This document shows positions 54,465 through 62,593 of a DNA stretch of 64,000 bases, in pieces (position 1 is the first letter of the stretch; every line of letters starts with the position of its first letter). The translations under genes and the position numbers were made by a program. The stretch comes from an uncultured Spirochaetaceae bacterium (GTDB taxonomy: Bacteria > Spirochaetota > Spirochaetia > DSM-16054 > Sediminispirochaetaceae), in NCBI GenBank assembly GCA_964346455.1, contig CAYFUX010000004.1, forward strand, positions 44,959-108,958, in the 5' to 3' direction. The notes beneath the pieces are model-generated. The model was not told the DNA's origin, did no database searches, and worked only from the letters and a program-made list of their open reading frames with translations.

Positions 54465-55894
54465 GCCTGCCTCCCTTCGTAGCTGTCATAGCGTTTCCAG
54501 AGGTCCCCCCACATCTCATCATCACTCGGTTTTACCGGATCGAAAGGCTCGGAGACCCAGGTAACGTTGAGAAAGTGTTTGTAGTAGATATTTTCGGTGG
54601 TGATGTTGCCGCCCCAGGTGCCGCAGCCGAGGGTCACGGTGGAGGGCATGCCGTTGAAGAAATTGCCGCCGTTGGCCGGTGCTTGAGGCTGACGAACCAT
54701 AATGCGGCTGGTTTTCATCTCCCGGCTCATTGTGTCGATATACTCGCTATTCCAACTGTGAATGCCGCAGGAGTGTCCGCTACCCGCATAGTCGGTGATC
54801 TCTTTCAGCAGCTCCAAGCCGTCGCGGAAATCTTCGCACTCCCACAGGGTCAGCACCGGGGAGATCTTTTCACCCGAAAAACGGTCACCGGCCGCGGGAC
54901 GGGAGCCCTCCACCGCCAAGACCTTGGTACCCTTGGGAACGGAGAGGCCGGCATCGGCGGCGATTTTTTCCGCCGATTGGGAGATTATTTTAGGGTTGAT
55001 CACTATTTTTCCCTTTTTGTTGGGCTGCCACATCCACTTTTCCAGCTCTTCTTTCTCTTCCGGCGTGCAGAGATAGGTGCTGTTCTCCTGGAGGGCGTTG
55101 AGAGCTTCCTCGTAGACATCTTCGTGGATGATGGCCGAGTTTTCCGAAGAGCAGCTGGTGGCGTAGTCGAAGGCCTTGGAGAGGACGATCTTGCTCGCCG
55201 CGTCCGAGACATCGGCGTCCTCGGCAATGATCTGCACTGCGTTTCCGGGGCCTACCCCGTAGGCGGGGGTGCCGCTCGAATAGGCGGCCTTGACCATAGG
55301 CCCGCCGCCGGTGGCCAGCACAAGATCCACTTGGCGCATCAATTCACCGGTCAATTCAATAGAGGGCTCCTCGATGATCTGCACCAGATCCTCCGGCGCC
55401 CCCACTTTACGCAGGCCGGCACGCATGAAGTCTACCGCCATCTTGGAACAGCCTTTTGCCGAGGGATGGGGAGCAAAGATGACCGCATTGCCGCCCTTGA
55501 GAATGGAGACGGCGTTGCTTCCGGGGGTGGCGGTGGGGTTGGTTACCGGGGTAAGCGCGCCGACGACGCCGACGGGCTTGCCGTATTTTTTGATTTTGTT
55601 TCGGGTGTCCTCTTCGATAAGCCCAACCGACGGGGCGCCTTTGATATCGCGAACCACGCCGAGAATCTTGCCCTTGTGCTTTTTGATTTTATCCTCGACG
55701 TTGCCCATGCCGGTCTCTTTCACCGCCGCCCGGGCGAGCTGTTCGATATTTTTATCCTCATAGACTTTCCAGGCGGCGGCGAGCGTCAAGTCGTCCACTT
55801 GCTGCTGAGAATACCCGGCGGCGATCTCCTGGGCCGCCCTGGCTTTTTCCATGAGGCGTCCGATGATGCGACTATTCTCCTCGTTCTTTTCCAT
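54461..55894 (-). CDS. CoA-acylating aldehyde dehydrogenase (Clostridium kluyveri SucD/EutE-type)
   Basis: VGALTPVTNPTATP, GVGPGN, catalytic Cys region TSCSSENS and C-terminal TLGCGTWGGN. 477 aa, with no NAD(P)+ hydrolytic-ALDH Glu motif noticed. Confidence 0.85.
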   Translation of the reverse strand: MEKNEENSRIIGRLMEKARAAQEIAAGYSQQQVDDLTLAAAWKVYEDKNIEQLARAAVKETGMGNVEDKIKKHKGKILGVVRDIKGAPSVGLIEEDTRNKIKKYGKPVGVVGALTPVTNPTATPGSNAVSILKGGNAVIFAPHPSAKGCSKMAVDFMRAGLRKVGAPEDLVQIIEEPSIELTGELMRQVDLVLATGGGPMVKAAYSSGTPAYGVGPGNAVQIIAEDADVSDAASKIVLSKAFDYATSCSSENSAIIHEDVYEEALNALQENSTYLCTPEEKEELEKWMWQPNKKGKIVINPKIISQSAEKIAADAGLSVPKGTKVLAVEGSRPAAGDRFSGEKISPVLTLWECEDFRDGLELLKEITDYAGSGHSCGIHSWNSEYIDTMSREMKTSRIMVRQPQAPANGGNFFNGMPSTVTLGCGTWGGNITTENIYYKHFLNVTWVSEPFDPVKPSDDEMWGDLWKRYDSYEGRQA

Positions 55895-55907
55895 ATCCCC
55901 TCCTTGT

Positions 55908-55929
55908 AAAAAAGCCGCCCGACGGCGGC
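55908..55929 (-). terminator. short GC hairpin plus T6 between the isomerase and aldehyde dehydrogenase genes (internal attenuator)
   Basis: The minus strand reads GCCGCC-gtcg-GGCGGC-TTTTTT, then the RBS ACAAGGAGGGG and ATG. Confidence 0.45.
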
Positions 55930-55999
55930 CGGCGGGGCTTTGGGGATGTAGGTCCTCTATCGCCTCTCGCCGGCCCTCAGCGGGCGGCCCTAACCGTTC

Positions 56000-56476
56000 T
56001 TACTTGAACTGTTCGTTCTCTATATCCTGCACCTTGCCAAAGGCGTTGGTCAGGAAGTCCTTCTTGAACTCCATCTTTTCGGTAAATTCGACCGAAAGCC
56101 AGGCGTCGACGATTTGGGTACCTAAAAAGGGTGCCGTGATCCAGCCTCCCATGGTGAGTACGTTGGCGTTGTTGATGATCTTGCCCCGTTCGCCGGCAAA
56201 GATGCCGTCCGCCACTGCGGCGTAGACGCCCTTGTGCTTGTTGGCGACGATCGCCATGCCCTGACCGGTTCCGCAGATCAGAATTCCTTTCTGAGCGTCT
56301 CCGTTTTGGATTGCTTTGGCAACCTTAGGGGCCTGTGCCCAATACGGCTGAGGATGGTCGGCATCCTCGATGCCGTGATCGGTCACTTCGATGTCTTCCC
56401 GCTTGCCAAGGTGCTCCACCACAGCGTTCTTGAGTGGAAATCCGGATAGATCCGATGCTATTGCTATTTTCAGCAT
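56000..56476 (-). CDS. RpiB/LacA/LacB-family sugar isomerase (divergent)
   Basis: Family core GILICGTGQGMAIVANK with the catalytic Cys. 158 aa. Confidence 0.85.
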   Translation of the reverse strand: MLKIAIASDLSGFPLKNAVVEHLGKREDIEVTDHGIEDADHPQPYWAQAPKVAKAIQNGDAQKGILICGTGQGMAIVANKHKGVYAAVADGIFAGERGKIINNANVLTMGGWITAPFLGTQIVDAWLSVEFTEKMEFKKDFLTNAFGKVQDIENEQFK

Positions 56477-56501
56477 AATGCTTCTCCTTTTTATCGTGAA
56501 A

Positions 56502-57443
56502 TTATCGCGATTTCTTCAGCAACGTGCGTGCTTTTTCAGCAATGTTCGCAGCGTTCATGCCAAAGCGCTCCTGCAGGTAATCGAGGGTTCCGACTTCTCC
56601 GAACTCTTCGTTCACGCCGACTCGGCTCAGAAAAGCTGGCTGTTCCTCTGCAAGCGTCTCGGCGACCGCCGAACCGAGGTAGTTGAGAATCTGGTGGTTC
56701 TCGCAGGTGACAATGGCACCGGTTTTCTTGGCGTAGGTGGTGACCAGCTCGCGGTCGATCGGCTTGACGGTGTGCATGTCGATAACCGCCGCTTCGATTC
56801 CTTCTTCGGCAAGCATGTCTGCCGCCTTCAGCGCTTCGGGGACCAGTACAAAGCCGGTGGCGATCAGCGTCACGTCTCCGCCCTCGCGCAGGACTATCCC
56901 TTTCCCCAGTTCGAAGTTTTGCGTCTCGTCATAGATGGCGTTGCCGCCCTTGCGGTGCAGACGCATGTAGGTGCAGCCATAATGCTCGTACGATTTGCGT
57001 ACCAGTGCCGCAAGAGACACGTTGTCCGAAGGTTCGAAAACCGTCAGACTGGGAATGTTGCGCATGATGCCGCCGTCTTCCAGGGACATATGGGTGCCTC
57101 CGTTGAAGGCGGCGGTGATCCCGGGATCAGTTCCCACCAATTTCACATTGAGGTGGGCATAGTTGGCGGAGATGAAGAATTGGTCGTAGGTCTTACGGCC
57201 GGCAAAGGAGGTAAAGCTGGCGGCAAAGGGTATTTTCCCCACCGAAGAGAGCCCCGAGGCAACGCCGACCATATTGGCCTCTGCCACACCGATGTCGAAG
57301 GTACGCTGCGGAAACTTTTCGCTAAAGGGAACGGTGCCGCTCGCCTTCATAAGGTCCGCTTCCAGAATTACCACTCGCTCGTCCTGTTCAGCGAGTTCTA
57401 TGAGGGTGTCGTTGTAGGTTGCTCGCATATCTTGGGTACTCAT
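56502..57443 (-). CDS. transketolase, C-terminal (pyrimidine-binding) subunit
   Basis: RTFDIGVAEANMVGVASGL and the typical C-terminal domain. Its start ATG shares nt 57443 with the upstream stop (TAATG). Confidence 0.9.
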   Translation of the reverse strand: MSTQDMRATYNDTLIELAEQDERVVILEADLMKASGTVPFSEKFPQRTFDIGVAEANMVGVASGLSSVGKIPFAASFTSFAGRKTYDQFFISANYAHLNVKLVGTDPGITAAFNGGTHMSLEDGGIMRNIPSLTVFEPSDNVSLAALVRKSYEHYGCTYMRLHRKGGNAIYDETQNFELGKGIVLREGGDVTLIATGFVLVPEALKAADMLAEEGIEAAVIDMHTVKPIDRELVTTYAKKTGAIVTCENHQILNYLGSAVAETLAEEQPAFLSRVGVNEEFGEVGTLDYLQERFGMNAANIAEKARTLLKKSR

Positions 57444-58279
57444 TACGCCTCTCCTTTCTCCAGACGAGCGATCGCCTCTTTGGCCGTCTCGTAGTCGTAC
57501 TTCATATTGTGATTCCCCAGGTCGCCCTCGGCAAAGTAGGCGCCCTTGCCTTTGACCGTATCCAGAACAATCATCGTGGGGCGGCACTGCTCCTCCTTGG
57601 CCTTTTTGATAGCCCAGTCGATTGCAGTAAGCGAGTGGCCGTCCACCCGCAGCACGTTCCAGCCGAAACCGACCCATTTTGCATTGAGGTCGTCCAGGTT
57701 CATGATGTCGGACGTGTAGCCGTCGATCTGCATCTTGTTGTAGTCGGTGAACGCAATGAGACGGTTGAGCTTGTAGTTGGGGGCGCACATGGCCGCCTCC
57801 CAAACCTGCCCCTCGTTGCTTTCACCGTCGCCGATAATGACATAGGTGTAGGCGTCGATGCCGTCGAGCCGATGACCGAGGGCTTTGCCGATGCCGGCGG
57901 AGAGCCCCTGGCCGAGTGAGCCGGCGCTCATGTCGATCCCCGGGGTGCGCACCATGTCAGCGTGGCTCGGTAGCTTGGTTCCTCCCTGGTTGAGGGTGTA
58001 GAGCCACTCTTTGGGAAAGTAGCCCTTGTCGGCGAGGACGCTGTACAGCGCCGGGCCGGCATGACCCTTTGAGAGGATAAGCTGATCCCGATCCCGCTTT
58101 TTCGGGTTTTGTGGGTCGATATTCATGTGGCGATAGTAAAGGCTGGTCAGCACCTCGACTATAGACAGGGAGCCGCCGATATGACCGACGCCCAGGTAGC
58201 CGATGGCGTCGATGGTCAGGATTCGAATCCGCTTGGCGGTCTCCTCAAGTTCCTGCAGTGTGTCTTTTTCCATCTGCAT
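57443..58279 (-). CDS. transketolase, N-terminal (thiamine diphosphate-binding) subunit
   Basis: GHIGGSLS, SKGHAGPALY and the ThDP motif GDGESNEGQVWEA. Confidence 0.9.
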   Translation of the reverse strand: MQMEKDTLQELEETAKRIRILTIDAIGYLGVGHIGGSLSIVEVLTSLYYRHMNIDPQNPKKRDRDQLILSKGHAGPALYSVLADKGYFPKEWLYTLNQGGTKLPSHADMVRTPGIDMSAGSLGQGLSAGIGKALGHRLDGIDAYTYVIIGDGESNEGQVWEAAMCAPNYKLNRLIAFTDYNKMQIDGYTSDIMNLDDLNAKWVGFGWNVLRVDGHSLTAIDWAIKKAKEEQCRPTMIVLDTVKGKGAYFAEGDLGNHNMKYDYETAKEAIARLEKGEA

Positions 58280-58325
58280 CTCTCCTTCATGTACGGATAA
58301 TCTTATTATTTACTTCGTGAAAATA

Positions 58326-58354
58326 ATTATACCGGAGAGTTCCTCTTTTGCCAA
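58326..58354 (-). promoter_or_regulatory. sigma70-like promoter TTGGCA-17-TATAAT for the transketolase operon
   Basis: The minus strand reads TTGGCA (58354-58349), a 17-nt spacer, then TATAAT (58331-58326). An AT palindrome ATAATCTTATTAT (58297-58309) lies in the leader. Confidence 0.55.
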
Positions 58355-58519
58355 GCGTGTTTTTGGGGTTTTCGGTGAATTCGGCCGGCTTAGCTACAGC
58401 AAGGTCTATAGCGGGGACCAGGCAGTGGCTGTGCGGTGCTGCTGGCTGCGGAAAAAACTATGCAGGAATTGGAAGTTCTGTTACGATGTAGATATATTTA
58501 GTTGCGGAAAGAAAAGAAG

Positions 58520-59686
58520 ATGACGAGAGAGCCTTTACGCGGAAACGATGTGCGTCTACAGAATGAAAAACTCGTTTTGAGTATTATACACAAGAGCGAC
58601 GGGATAAGCCAGTCCGATGTGGTGCAGATGACCGGACTCAAGCCTCCTACGGTGTACCGTATCTTCTCCAGCCTCGAGGAGGAGGGCTTGATTCTGGTCA
58701 GCCGCAAGAAACAAGAGTACGGCGAGCGGAAAGGGCGCCGGCCGGTGTATTACCGCACAAATCCTGATGCGTTCTATATCATCGGCATAGATTTCTGGGT
58801 GCGGTCGATGGCGATTAATGTCCTCGATTTTGGTGGAAATGCCGTCTATGAGGAGATTGTCGAACTCTCTCAACACCCGGACACCGCGGAGGTGGCGGAG
58901 ACTCTTGTCAGCCTGACTGAGAAAGCGATCAATGCTTCCGGGATTTCACGGCAAAAACTCTTGGGCATCGGAATCGGCGCACCGGGAAGGGTGGATATTG
59001 AAGCCGGAAAGGTGATCCATTACGGGCGAATCCGGGGAATGACCGACTTTTCCATCCAGGCCCCGGTGGAGGAGGCGTTTGGAGTGCCGGTGCATGTGCA
59101 CAACAACGCTTCGGTCATTGCGCTGAGTGAGTATCGCTACGGAGTGGCCCGGGAGACCGAAACCCTCTTGACGGTGCTCATTCGCAGCGGGGTCGGAGGC
59201 GCCTTTATCAACCACGGCCGTATATTTGTTACGCAGCACCGTACAACGATGGAAGTTGGGCATATGTCGGTGGATCTTCAGGGAAGGCGCTGCGATTGCG
59301 GCGGGACGGGCTGTCTGGAGACCTACCTCTCGGAGGACGCTATTTTGAGGGATTGCGCCCAACGGGGGCTTCCCGGAGAACTGGAGGCCCTCGACAGAGG
59401 GATAGAAGCGGGAGATGAGAAGCTTCTTTCACTGCTGCGAGAGAAGACCGCGGTCTTGGCGGAGGGTCTGCGCAGCCTTTTCCAGCTTTTCGGTCCGGAT
59501 AGTTTCCTGCTGGTCACCCGCTCCCGGCGTCTTTCGGAGTTTTTGGCCCAGGAAACCGCCGCAGCGCTCAGCTGCAGTGCCGCTGCGGGCGACGGCAGCA
59601 CATCTCGAATTCTTTCCGCACCCTACGACCCTATTATGGCCGGCAAAGGGGCCGCCGACCTCGTATTGGACCATTTCTTTGCTTAA
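58520..59686 (+). CDS. ROK-family transcriptional regulator (NagC/XylR-like)
   Basis: N-terminal winged helix-turn-helix (ISQSDVVQMTGLKPPTVYRIFSSLEEEGLI). ROK sugar-kinase-like fold with the zinc motif HMSVDLQGRRCDCGGTGCLE. Start at ATG 58520. Confidence 0.85.
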   Translation: MTREPLRGNDVRLQNEKLVLSIIHKSDGISQSDVVQMTGLKPPTVYRIFSSLEEEGLILVSRKKQEYGERKGRRPVYYRTNPDAFYIIGIDFWVRSMAINVLDFGGNAVYEEIVELSQHPDTAEVAETLVSLTEKAINASGISRQKLLGIGIGAPGRVDIEAGKVIHYGRIRGMTDFSIQAPVEEAFGVPVHVHNNASVIALSEYRYGVARETETLLTVLIRSGVGGAFINHGRIFVTQHRTTMEVGHMSVDLQGRRCDCGGTGCLETYLSEDAILRDCAQRGLPGELEALDRGIEAGDEKLLSLLREKTAVLAEGLRSLFQLFGPDSFLLVTRSRRLSEFLAQETAAALSCSAAAGDGSTSRILSAPYDPIMAGKGAADLVLDHFFA

Positions 59687-59696
59687 CTTCCCTTGC

Positions 59697-59737
59697 CTAC
59701 CTTCTACCGGTTGGCATGGACAACCGGTAGAAGGTAG
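59697..59737 (+). terminator. perfect 17-bp stem hairpin after the ROK gene (no strong T-tract)
   Basis: CTACCTTCTACCGGTTG-gcatgga-CAACCGGTAGAAGGTAG. Confidence 0.45.
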
Positions 59738-59846
59738 AATTTCAATGCCGAGATAGAGATCTATCAAACACGGCGATTTGTTAGACTTTCAAAGGACAGT
59801 TTCCTTTTAAAGATAAAGAATGAACGATTCGGAGGGTTGGTACGTT

Positions 59847-60959
59847 ATGGAAAAGCTCCTTTTTGCAGACATGCAGGCCGATTTCAGCAACTCGTTGGAG
59901 AAGAAGTTCCGCAAAATTCTGAAAAAGAGCGAGTGGTTTGAAACCATCAAAGAAGGGGAAATCGTAGCCGTGAAGGTACACGTCGGCGAACGCGGCAATT
60001 TGGGATACATCAACCCCAATTTTGCACGCATTGTAGTTGAAGAAATTAAAGCCCGGGGAGCCACTCCCTACCTGACCGATACCAATACGCTCTATTCCGG
60101 CGGGCGGCATAATGGAATACAACACTCCATCACCGCTATGCAGCACGGTTTCGGTTATGCAGCCGTAGGTGCGCCGTTCCTTCCGGCGGACGGGGTGCGT
60201 GGTCTCGATTACCGCGAGGTGGAAGTAGACGGCAGGCATTATACAAAGGCCAAGCTTGCCGGGGGAATCCTGCAGGCGGAAAAGATTATTTTTCTCACCC
60301 ATTTCAAGGGGCATATCGAAGCCGGTTTTGGCGGAAGCATTAAAAATCTCTCGATGGGCTGTGCCTCGGTGGCGGGAAAAATGGAGCAGCATGCCGCCGC
60401 CAAGCCGAGTGTGGACTTCGAGAAGTGCGTCGGCTGCCGGCAGTGTTACTGGGCATGTCCTGTGGACGCCATCACTATGGAAAACAAGAAGGCGGTTATC
60501 GACTACGATCTGTGCATTGGCTGCGGGCAGTGTGTGGCGGCCTGCAACTACGGCGCCATGAATCCGGGCTCCGCTGCGGAGACGAAGGATTTTATCGAGA
60601 AAGTGACCGAGTACGCCTATGCCGCCCGGGAGTATTTTGGTGAAAATGCCTTCTACATTAACTTTGCCATGAACATTACCCCGGACTGCGACTGCTGGCC
60701 GGCAAACGATGTGCCGGTGGTGGAAGATGTCGGCTTTCTCGCAGGACGGAATCCTTTTGCTTTGGACCGGGCTACGATGGACTTGGTCAACGAATCGAGA
60801 GCTAACGTCGGCAGCCGCCATTACGAAAAGCTCTCCGGCGAGCGCAAGGAAGATCTCTTTGGCCATGTGTGGGAGGAGGTGCCGGTGGGTACCACCTTCG
60901 ACTATGTACAGAAGCAGTTCAACGTCGACTTAGGTTACGAGCTGCGAACCATTAAGTAA
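59847..60959 (+). CDS. DUF362-domain protein with an inserted 2x[4Fe-4S] ferredoxin domain
   Basis: DUF362-like N-terminus (VAVKVHVGERGNLGYINP...PYLTDTNTLY...FKGHIEAGFGGSIKNLSMG). CVGCRQCYWACP and CIGCGQCVAACN. Start probably at ATG 59847. Confidence 0.8.
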   Translation: MEKLLFADMQADFSNSLEKKFRKILKKSEWFETIKEGEIVAVKVHVGERGNLGYINPNFARIVVEEIKARGATPYLTDTNTLYSGGRHNGIQHSITAMQHGFGYAAVGAPFLPADGVRGLDYREVEVDGRHYTKAKLAGGILQAEKIIFLTHFKGHIEAGFGGSIKNLSMGCASVAGKMEQHAAAKPSVDFEKCVGCRQCYWACPVDAITMENKKAVIDYDLCIGCGQCVAACNYGAMNPGSAAETKDFIEKVTEYAYAAREYFGENAFYINFAMNITPDCDCWPANDVPVVEDVGFLAGRNPFALDRATMDLVNESRANVGSRHYEKLSGERKEDLFGHVWEEVPVGTTFDYVQKQFNVDLGYELRTIK

Positions 60960-61237
60960 GCTGTTGTGCAGAAAGCGGAGCTGCTGTAAAAGCGGAGGGG
61001 GAGCTGTTGGAAAGGCTTCCCCTCCGCCTTGATACCCCTCCACTCCCGCATCCCCGCCGCATTGTCATAGGCGGGCATCTTATGTACAATGAGCATTCTC
61101 ATGCACGCTGCACTGTCTTTGGCCTTACGCATAACACCTCTAGATCGTAATACCTGCACGGCAAATTTTTATTGACATACCGGATAAGCCGTGGTTTACT
61201 TCCTTGTAGAAAGAAAATAATTTTCTAAGGAGGAACG

Positions 61238-62512
61238 ATGAAACGGACTATTTCCGTAGGCTTGTTTGTAGCGGTTGCTCTTCTTTTCCTGGCAATGCCT
61301 CTTTTCGCGGGAGGAGAGCAGGAAGAGAAGGGAGGCCCGGTAACTCTGAACTGGCCCTGTATCTGGGTCGGTGAAGATGCCAAGGCCGATGTAGTGGCTG
61401 AACTGGTAAAAGAGTTCAATGAGAAGCACAAGGGTGAGATCAAGGTCGAAATCGAGGAGATGCCCTCCTACGATGTCTATGACAAGAAGATCCTCGCGCA
61501 GATTTCCGGCGGCGAGGTGCCCGATATTTTTACCCTCAAATGGACACCCGATACGCGCGATTTCTACGAAGGCGACACCCTGATGGACATGACCGATGAG
61601 CTGCAGGGCAGCTGGGGCGACGACTTCAGCTCCGGGCTCATCAGCGAGGTGACGATCGACGGCCAGGTCAAGGTGCTGCCCTATACCACGGCAATCACGC
61701 CGCTCTGGTATAATGAGGACCTCTTTAAGCAGGCCGGTATCGACGAGTTCCCCGAGACCTACGATGAGTTCTGGCAGGCCGCCGAAAAGCTGAAGGCCGA
61801 GGGCATTACGCCTACCAGCCAGATGACCGGCGGAGCCAACGCCTGGACCAGTATGCTGTGGTACAGCCACATCATGGCCAGCGTAGGCGGACCGGACGTA
61901 TGGGACAAACCGCTCACCGATCCGGTGTATGTCGAAGGTGCCAAGATTCTCAAGCGCCTCTATCAGAACGGCAACACCACCAAGGACGCCATCGGCGGCG
62001 GACCGGAGATCCCCTCGGGCCACTACCTGGCCGAGCGGACCGCAGTCTTTTGCAACGGCCCCTGGTTCATCGGCAACATCCGGGAGAATGCTCCTGAGGT
62101 GTATGAGTCCACTAAGCTCACCTCCGCCCCCGCCGCTGAAGACGGCCGTAAAGGCGCTCAGGTCGGCTTTATCCAGACCGTCCTCGCCTCCGGCGCCAGC
62201 ACTCCTCGCAAGCAGGAAGCGGCAAAGACCTTCCTCAAGTATATGGCTAAACCGGAGAACGCCAAGCGCATCTCTCTGGATTCCGGCTCTCTGATGGCGA
62301 TTAACTTCTCCGTCGGTGAAGACGAAGAGATCGATCCCCTGCAGAAGGCCTTTATCGAGAAGCAGGAAGAAGCCTCTTTCATCGTAAGCCATCTCTCCGG
62401 AAAGTTTTCCGCCTCGGTGGTGCAGGAGTTCGGACCGGCTCTCGATCAGTTGGCTATGGATAGAGCCACTCCCGAAGAGTTCGTAGAAATGCTGCACGAG
62501 GCTAGTCAGTAA
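61238..62512 (+). CDS. CUT1-family sugar ABC transporter substrate-binding protein
   Basis: Signal peptide then a family-1 SBP fold, 424 aa. Two permease genes follow. Confidence 0.9.
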   Translation: MKRTISVGLFVAVALLFLAMPLFAGGEQEEKGGPVTLNWPCIWVGEDAKADVVAELVKEFNEKHKGEIKVEIEEMPSYDVYDKKILAQISGGEVPDIFTLKWTPDTRDFYEGDTLMDMTDELQGSWGDDFSSGLISEVTIDGQVKVLPYTTAITPLWYNEDLFKQAGIDEFPETYDEFWQAAEKLKAEGITPTSQMTGGANAWTSMLWYSHIMASVGGPDVWDKPLTDPVYVEGAKILKRLYQNGNTTKDAIGGGPEIPSGHYLAERTAVFCNGPWFIGNIRENAPEVYESTKLTSAPAAEDGRKGAQVGFIQTVLASGASTPRKQEAAKTFLKYMAKPENAKRISLDSGSLMAINFSVGEDEEIDPLQKAFIEKQEEASFIVSHLSGKFSASVVQEFGPALDQLAMDRATPEEFVEMLHEASQ

Positions 62513-62533
62513 GCTGCGAGCTTCGAATTTCAA

Positions 62534-62570
62534 CCGGACGGGAACCTTCTGGGTTTCCGTCCGGCTTTTA
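62534..62570 (+). terminator. hairpin plus short T-tract between the SBP and permease genes (attenuator)
   Basis: CCGGACGGGAAC-n8-GTTTCCGTCCGG followed by CTTTTA. Confidence 0.5.
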
Positions 62571-62593
62571 CTAGCACAAAGGACACAAACCGT

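Noticed and set aside
52447-55894. Calling the SucCD-like and aldehyde dehydrogenase genes ordinary TCA-cycle sucCD plus a generic aldehyde dehydrogenase
   Set aside because: The case against it rests on translational coupling to a DASS carrier and a CoA-acylating dehydrogenase, divergent active-site loops and the absence of other TCA genes. The succinate interpretation is nevertheless retained explicitly as an alternative hypothesis in the findings.
54575-55909. 444-aa plus-strand ORF opposite the aldehyde dehydrogenase gene. Similar shadows lie at 56391-57494, 52591-53490, 53820-54482 and 52097-52753.
   Set aside because: All are antisense to strongly conserved enzymes of the minus-strand operon, and all are rich in Gly/Arg/Ala/Asp with no family signatures.
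59781-60866. 361-aa minus-strand ORF opposite the DUF362/ferredoxin gene
   Set aside because: The plus-strand frame carries two canonical CxxCxxCxxxCP ferredoxin motifs and DUF362 blocks. The antisense product has no motifs and a biased composition.
61196-62533. 445-aa minus-strand ORF opposite the ABC substrate-binding protein gene
   Set aside because: The plus-strand frame has a signal peptide, a proper RBS and SBP-like sequence, and is followed by permease genes. The antisense ORF is a shadow.
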